Source: Opitutales bacterium (GTDB taxonomy: Bacteria > Verrucomicrobiota > Verrucomicrobiia > Opitutales > UBA2987). Taken from it: a stretch of DNA of 64,000 nt. Location of the stretch: the NCBI GenBank assembly GCA_965226885.1, contig CBDDEL010000010.1:288001-352000 (forward strand). The letters run 5' to 3'. The position numbers were made by a program, and so were the translations under genes. The notes beneath the pieces are model-generated. The model ran no database searches. It was not told the origin of the DNA and worked only from the letters and a program-made list of their open reading frames with translations. Positions 58,298 to 64,000 of the stretch are shown here, piece after piece (the first letter of the stretch is position 1; the number at the start of each line of letters is the position of its first letter).

Positions 58298-60193
58298 TCA
58301 TTCCATCACTTTCACTAAGTGTTTCTCAATTTTGGCGTAAAGTTCATCGCTTTGGAAAGGTTTGGCCAGATGGTCCGTGCAGCCGGCGGCAATCTGCTCA
58401 GCTACCGCATCTTTGCCGGTTGCGGCTGTCAGTGCTATTATGGGTGTGTTGGCGAATTCAGGGAAGCTCCGCAATTTTTTAGTTAATTCCAATCCTCCCA
58501 TCAAGGGCATTCGCATATCCACAAGTATAATCTCTGGCTGATGATTTGGGGCAATTTTGAGAGCTTCTTGTCCGTTAAGGGCTACAGCCACTTTGTGATT
58601 GTAGGCTTCAAGCATCTGGCTTCAAGCATCTCCAGGATCATGGTTATCAATTCTTTATTATCTTCAACCACGAGTATTCGCCTGCCGGTTAGAAATGCTT
58701 CAATTGTTTCAACTTCCAACGTCGTCACCTGTTCGGTACTCGAATCCGCTGACTTTACAAGAGGCAAAGGGCAAAGTAAACCAGAATTTACTGCCCTGAC
58801 CTGGTGTGCTTTCCACTCCTATCTTTCCGGCGTGCAACTCCACCAACCGCCGGGTTAGAGCCAGCCCAATGCCGGCTCCTCCCATTCCCTCGTCTCGCAC
58901 CCTGTCCACTTGGTAAAACTCGGAAAAAATGTCCTCGATCTGATCGGCCGGAATACCAACACCGCTATCCTGAACTGAAATCCTGATTGCTGAATCACCC
59001 ACCAACTCTGTGCGTATTACAATGAGGCCATTTTCCGGAGTATATTTGATCGCGTTGGAAAGCAGGTTGAGCAGGATTTGCTTGCATTTGCGAAGATCGC
59101 ACCAAATTTCGCTTATCGCTGGATCGATCGAAGATTCCACATTTATTCTTTTCTTATCAAACTGCGTTTTCAATAGAGATAACATAGCATCAATAAGGTC
59201 CTCGGCCGAAAATACCTCCATCTCGATTTCAGTCTGTCCGGAATCGATTTTAGTGAGATCCAAAATATCATTAATTAAGTTCAAAAGATATTTACTACTT
59301 TCCTCGATCATCTCCATTGAAGCTGTCTGCTTTTTATTCAAGGTACCGAAAAAATTCCTTAACATCATGTCGGAATATCCAATTACAGCACTGAGAGGGG
59401 TTCGTAACTCATGACTCATGTGAGACAAAAATCTACCTTTTGCCTGGTTGGCTAAGGCTGCTCGTTTGGTCGAAATTTCGGCCTCATTGATAGCTCTCTT
59501 CAACTTTTCCTGGGCTTCCTTGTAATCAGTAATGTTCTGATCGAATCCGATGGCCCCAACATGACGGCCTTCTTTGTCCAAGCCACCCGACCGGCCTGCA
59601 CAATGGATGTGACGGACAGAACCATCCTTTAAAATTATCCGGAACTCTATATGTCGTAATTCTCCTTGGGGCAAAGTAACCCAGTTGATTTTATTCAACA
59701 TCTCTCGATCATCTGGATGGACCTGTGCCATAACAGATGCTTCTATTGGTGTTACCTCACCAGGTTCAAACCCGTGAATTCTATAATATTCCTCCGACCA
59801 ATAGCCCTCTCCGGTGACATTATCATATTCCCATTGGCCGATATTTGCAATACGCTGTACCTCAGAAAATCGTTCATCTCTTTTCCTGAGAGCTTCTTCC
59901 GCCATTTTTCGATAAGTAATATCGACGTTTGATACTATTACCCTGGACCAGGTATCCTCGTAACCGGAAACGATAGTTATAACAGCTAAAGTGTGATTGA
60001 TCCCACCCTCATTATCGTAGGCGGTAAATTCCGATTCGAAGCTGTTCATCCCATCAATAAAAGAAAGCAGTTCCTCGCCAAAAGACTCAAGGGAATCGCG
60101 GGTTAATACTTTATCTAAGGGGATAAAAAGATCTGCTTTTTTACTGGCTTTTCGAAGCACAACCGTAGCTTGGTTCGCATCGACAAGTGGTAG
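58298..60193 (-). pseudogene. PAS-HisKA-HATPase-REC hybrid sensor kinase; 5' end cut by the IS nest, with 7-bp and 14-bp duplications
   Basis: MSHELRTPL, NLLSNAIKYT, GAGIGLAL, ILVVEDN, DMRMP. GGCAAAG x2 (58763-58776) and GGCTTCAAGCATCT x2 (58604-58631). Confidence 0.92.
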
Positions 60194-60232
60194 TGATGTG
60201 CACTGGAAAAAGTGGACACGAGATTCTCCTAA

Positions 60233-61798
60233 CCCGGATATTTCATGAAGGGTAAAGTTTGGCTCGTTATTGCTATTGGAGATGGATTTCTTTGTATTTT
60301 GAGCAGATCGTCTTGATTTTTAGGTGTTTTTCAGGGTGTAGAGACACTGCCCCCTTTCCCCCATTGGTTCGGTAGTGCCGGGGGCAGCACCAATGCACCC
60401 TTTAGGTTGGCACCAATCGGCGGGCCGCATGGTTGAAAAGACTGGCCCAAGGATAACTCTCACTTAGGTGAAAGTGAATCGTTCGGGTGTTGCGCACGAT
60501 GACCGCTCCGATCTTGATTAATTTGAGCCGCAGGGTGTGGCATTGGGCCCGCGCCCACTTCGTCCCTTTTAAGGCTAACCGGCGCATGGCTTCCATCAAG
60601 GTGTAGGCCAGCGCCGACAAGAGCAATCGCCACTGATTGGCCCACCATTGATGGGCGCTGGTGCGCTCGCTGAACAATTGCATCTGTTCCTTGATTCGGT
60701 TCTCCATTTCACCGCGGCCACAGTATACCTTGTCGTAAAGCTCCTGGGGATCGCCCGGCAGGTTCGTCACCACGAAGCGCGGGTTGGACCCCTGTGCGGT
60801 GTGTTCGGCTTTATGGATGACCAACCGCAGCCATCGCCACGAATCGGCAGCATAGACGAAGTCCTGGAATAACCGTTGTTTTTTACCCCTTAGTTCGAAC
60901 CATTCTTTGGCCTGCTTTTGCAACTGCTGGGCGTCTTGCTGCAAGCGTGCATTGCGAGCCATCCCCACGATGTAACTAACTTCGTTGCGGTCGCACCAAG
61001 AGAGTATCCGGTCTCGACAAAATCCACTGTCGGCGCGCCAAATAATCCGCGTACGGGGCCAGCTTTGGCGAATCCGTTTAACCAGCAATTTGAGGATGGC
61101 CCCGGCATGCTTGCTGGCATCGATCTTGCTCGGCCGCAGGTAGGCCACCAGCAGCTGATCACCGCAAAAAACATATAGCGGCAGAAAACAGTAATGATCA
61201 TAATAACCGTGGAAAAAACGTCCCTCCTGGAGCCCGTGCACCGGATTGTCGGTGGCGTCAAAGTCCAGGATGATCTCTTCGGGTTCCTCGGCAAAGGAGC
61301 CCATGAACTGTTCGACCAACAGCTCGTTTACCGCAAAGGCCGCCCGCCGATCCTGCCCGTTTTCAAAACGACACAAAGTCGGCGCGCTGGCCAACGTTTC
61401 AATGCGCCCCGTTACCGTTTGCAACAATGGATCGTGGCGCAGGGTATCAAAGTCGTTCAAATCCTCATAGCCCGCCACCAGCCCGTAAACGCGCTGCCGC
61501 AGCATCCCCAAGACCTCATGGCGTACTTTGCCCTTCTGCCGTTTGTCCACTAACTGTCGGGCCGCTCGTTCGGTCAAGCCCAACTGCCGATCCACTTCCC
61601 GGATCAAAAGCAGTCCGGCATCCGAAGTAACCTCTCCGCCCTTGAAATCAACCCGCACACGGCGGCCTTTTACCCTTGTCAACTGTAGCTTTAATTGTTT
61701 ACCTTTTGTCATCGCTGATATTGCTTTAATTATTGATCTATCCTGCTGTATATCAGCAGTTAAGCATATCAACGATACTTTTTTACGAAATATCCGGG
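60233..61798 (-). mobile_element. IS1380-family element, full length
   Basis: Both TIRs present; open transposase frame ending at 60402. Confidence 0.95.
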
Positions 61799-62620
61799 CT
61801 AACTTCGTTGCGGTCGCACCAAGAGAGTATCCGGTCTCGACAAAATCCACTGTCGGCGCGCCAAATAATCCGCGTACGGGGCCAGCTTTGGCGCATCCGT
61901 TTAACCAGCAATTTGAGGATGGCCCCGGCATGCTTGCTGGCATCGATCTTGCTCGGCCGCAGGTAGGCCACCAGCAGCTGATCACCGCAAAAAACATATA
62001 GCGGCAGAAAACAGTAATGATCATAATAACCGTGGAAAAAACGTCCCTCCTGGAGCCCGTGCACCGGATTGTCGGTGGCGTCAAAGTCCAGGATGATCTC
62101 TTCGGGTTCCTCGGCAAAGGAGCCCATGAACTGTTCTACCAACAGCTCGTTTACCGCAAAGGCCGCCCGCCGATCCTGCCCGTTTTCAAAACGACACAAA
62201 GTCGGCGCGCTGGCCAACGTTTCAATGCGCCCCGTTACCGTTTGCAACAATGGATCGTGGCGCAGGGTATCAAAGTCGTTCAAATCCTCATAGCCCGCCA
62301 CCAGCCCGTAAACGCGCTGCCGCAGCATCCCCAACCTCATGGCGTACTTTGGCCTTCTGCCGTTTGTCCACTAACTGTCGGGCCGCTCGTTCGGTCAAGC
62401 CCAACTGCCGATCCACTTCCCGGATCAAAAGCAGTCCGGCATCCGAAGTAACCTCTCCGCCCTTGAAATCAACCCGCACACGGCGGCCTTTTACCCTTGT
62501 CAACTGTAGCTTTAATTGTTTACCTTTTGTCATCGCTGATATTGCTTTAATTATTGATCTATCCTGCTGTATATCAGCAGTTAAGCATATCAACGATACT
62601 TTTTTTACGAAATATCCGGG
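61799..62620 (-). mobile_element. IS1380 left half, frameshifted, cut at an internal CTAA
   Basis: Begins at the internal CTAACTTCGTTGC; 2-bp deletion near 62334. Confidence 0.92.
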
Positions 62621-62759
62621 CTAAATGGAGAATCGAAGCATGGGAAGAAGACGCAGTATAGAGTTCAAAAATGAGGCAGTTCAACTGATGATACTCGATG
62701 GTCTGAGCGCCACCGAGGTATCGACCAAACTTGGGGTCAACACCAACCAATTGTATAGG

Positions 62760-63562
62760 TGACGTGTACTGGATTTGTTGGACACGGGATTCTCTTATAT
62801 TCATTGTTTATTGATTAGTGTGTCAGGCGGCTTGTTTTGGTAAAGGGTTTTGTTTTCTCGTTGCCCCCCATGGGGGGCAAATATTTTCCTCGAATTGGAC
62901 TGGGCTTTGGTAACTCAGAGAGGAATGTTTGCGATATCGGTTGTAGAAGATTTCCACGTATTCGAAGACAGTTGATCGCAGTTCGCGCTCGTCGGCAAAG
63001 TGGCGGCCTCGAATCGTGCTGGTCTTGAAGCGGCCGTAGAACGATTCCATGGCCGCGTTGTCGTAGCAGTTGCCTTGGGCGCTCATGCTCGGCTTCATGC
63101 CTAGTTCAGAGACCAGCCTCTGATAGTCGTCGCTGGCGTAGGGGCTGCCCCGATCGCTGTGATGAATAATCCCGGTGCGCAGTGTGCCGCGGGTCATGGC
63201 CGCGGCTTTGAGGGCCTTGCCAACCAGCTTCGCGTCGTTGTGGTTGGAAACGCTCCAGCCCAGCAGGCGTCGGCTGAACAGGTCCATCACCGTGGCCAAG
63301 TACATCCAACCGGCCAGGGTCCGTAGGTAGGTCGTGTCCGCCACCCAGACCTCGTCGATATGGGTCGGCTGGCCATGCTTTTTAAGCACATTGGGGCTGT
63401 AACCATAGGGATGGTTACTGTTGGTTTTTAATGGCTTAAAGCGTTTACTCTGGGTGCTTTTGATTCCCATTTCACGCATCAGACGCAGAGCCCGGTCACG
63501 GCCGCAATCGATGCCCTCATCATCCTTCAGATGGCGGTGCATTGGCCGATGCCCATAGCGGC
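62760..63562 (-). mobile_element. IS3(a) copy 4, right part, inserted in copy 3 orfA
   Basis: IRR TGACGTGTACTGG; orfB C-terminal portion. Confidence 0.92.
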
Positions 63563-64000
63563 TGATCGGACCCCATCTTTGCTACCACTTTAAGTGAGAG
63601 TATTTCCGTAGGTTTGGTATTGTAGGTTTTGCAGCGGGTGGCGCAATGAGGCCGTAGGCCGAATGGAGCCAGCCGCTGCTTTGTTGATTGTTCGCCAGAG
63701 TCTGGCAAATGTATTTGGGGAGAGAAAGCCTAATCGGCTGTGGGGGTGTTTCGCGTTGTATTTGTGTCGCCATTGTTCGACCACCACACGCGCTTCGGTC
63801 ACGCTCAGGAACAGTTCCTGGTTAAGGCATTCATCGCGCAAACGATTATGAAAGGATTCTATATGTCCATTCTGCCAAGGGCTTCCTGGATCAATGTATG
63901 CGATGGCAATTTCCTGTCGCTGCAGTTCTTCTTTGACTTGGTGGGCTATAAACTCCGATCCGTTGTCCGAGCGGATGCACTGAGGTTTGCCGTTCTCTCT
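63563..64000 (-). mobile_element. IS3-family element (c), IS407-group-like, right part, inserted in IS3(a) copy 4
   Basis: End TGATCGGACCCC; IRSDNGSEF, PGSPWQNGHIESF, RDECLN. Confidence 0.88.

Larger units (their letters stand above)
60194..62759 (+). mobile_element. IS3(a) copy 3, left part, carrying nested IS1380 copies and truncated by IS3(a) copy 4
   Basis: IRL at 60194; CTAA duplicated at 60229-60232 and 62621-62624; orfA start at 62640. Confidence 0.9.

Noticed and set aside
10251..58776. Tandem repeats as CRISPR arrays or VNTRs
   Set aside because: Each has only two copies, no spacers and an unrelated unit, and there are no cas genes.

Overview
64-kb bacterial chromosome segment, most likely Verrucomicrobiota/Opitutia. 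That assignment is inference from the nusA operon lacking rimP, DUF5069, an exosortase and Verrucomicrobia-style C-terminal domains on secreted proteins. Housekeeping genes are intact (nusA-infB-rbfA-DHH-truB-ribF, tkt, hisI). About 20 kb (~32%) is insertion sequence: IS5-like x4, IS1380 x5, three kinds of IS3, IS1 x2 and IS630, often nested. An IS3::IS1380 composite appears to have moved as a unit. Many accessory, surface and regulatory genes are recently broken. The most unusual signal is a dense set of head-to-tail tandem micro-duplications (11 of 7-40 bp plus several shorter ones). They mostly lack junction microhomology, several are private to single copies of near-identical IS elements, none was found in housekeeping coding sequences, and their lengths cluster near multiples of 8. 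They frameshift the MMPL, exosortase, TlpA and hybrid kinase genes. This suggests an uncharacterised staggered-nick/fill-in mutational process in a genome at an early stage of degradation, but an assembly artefact must first be excluded with raw reads. No CRISPR array, rRNA or tRNA was seen.
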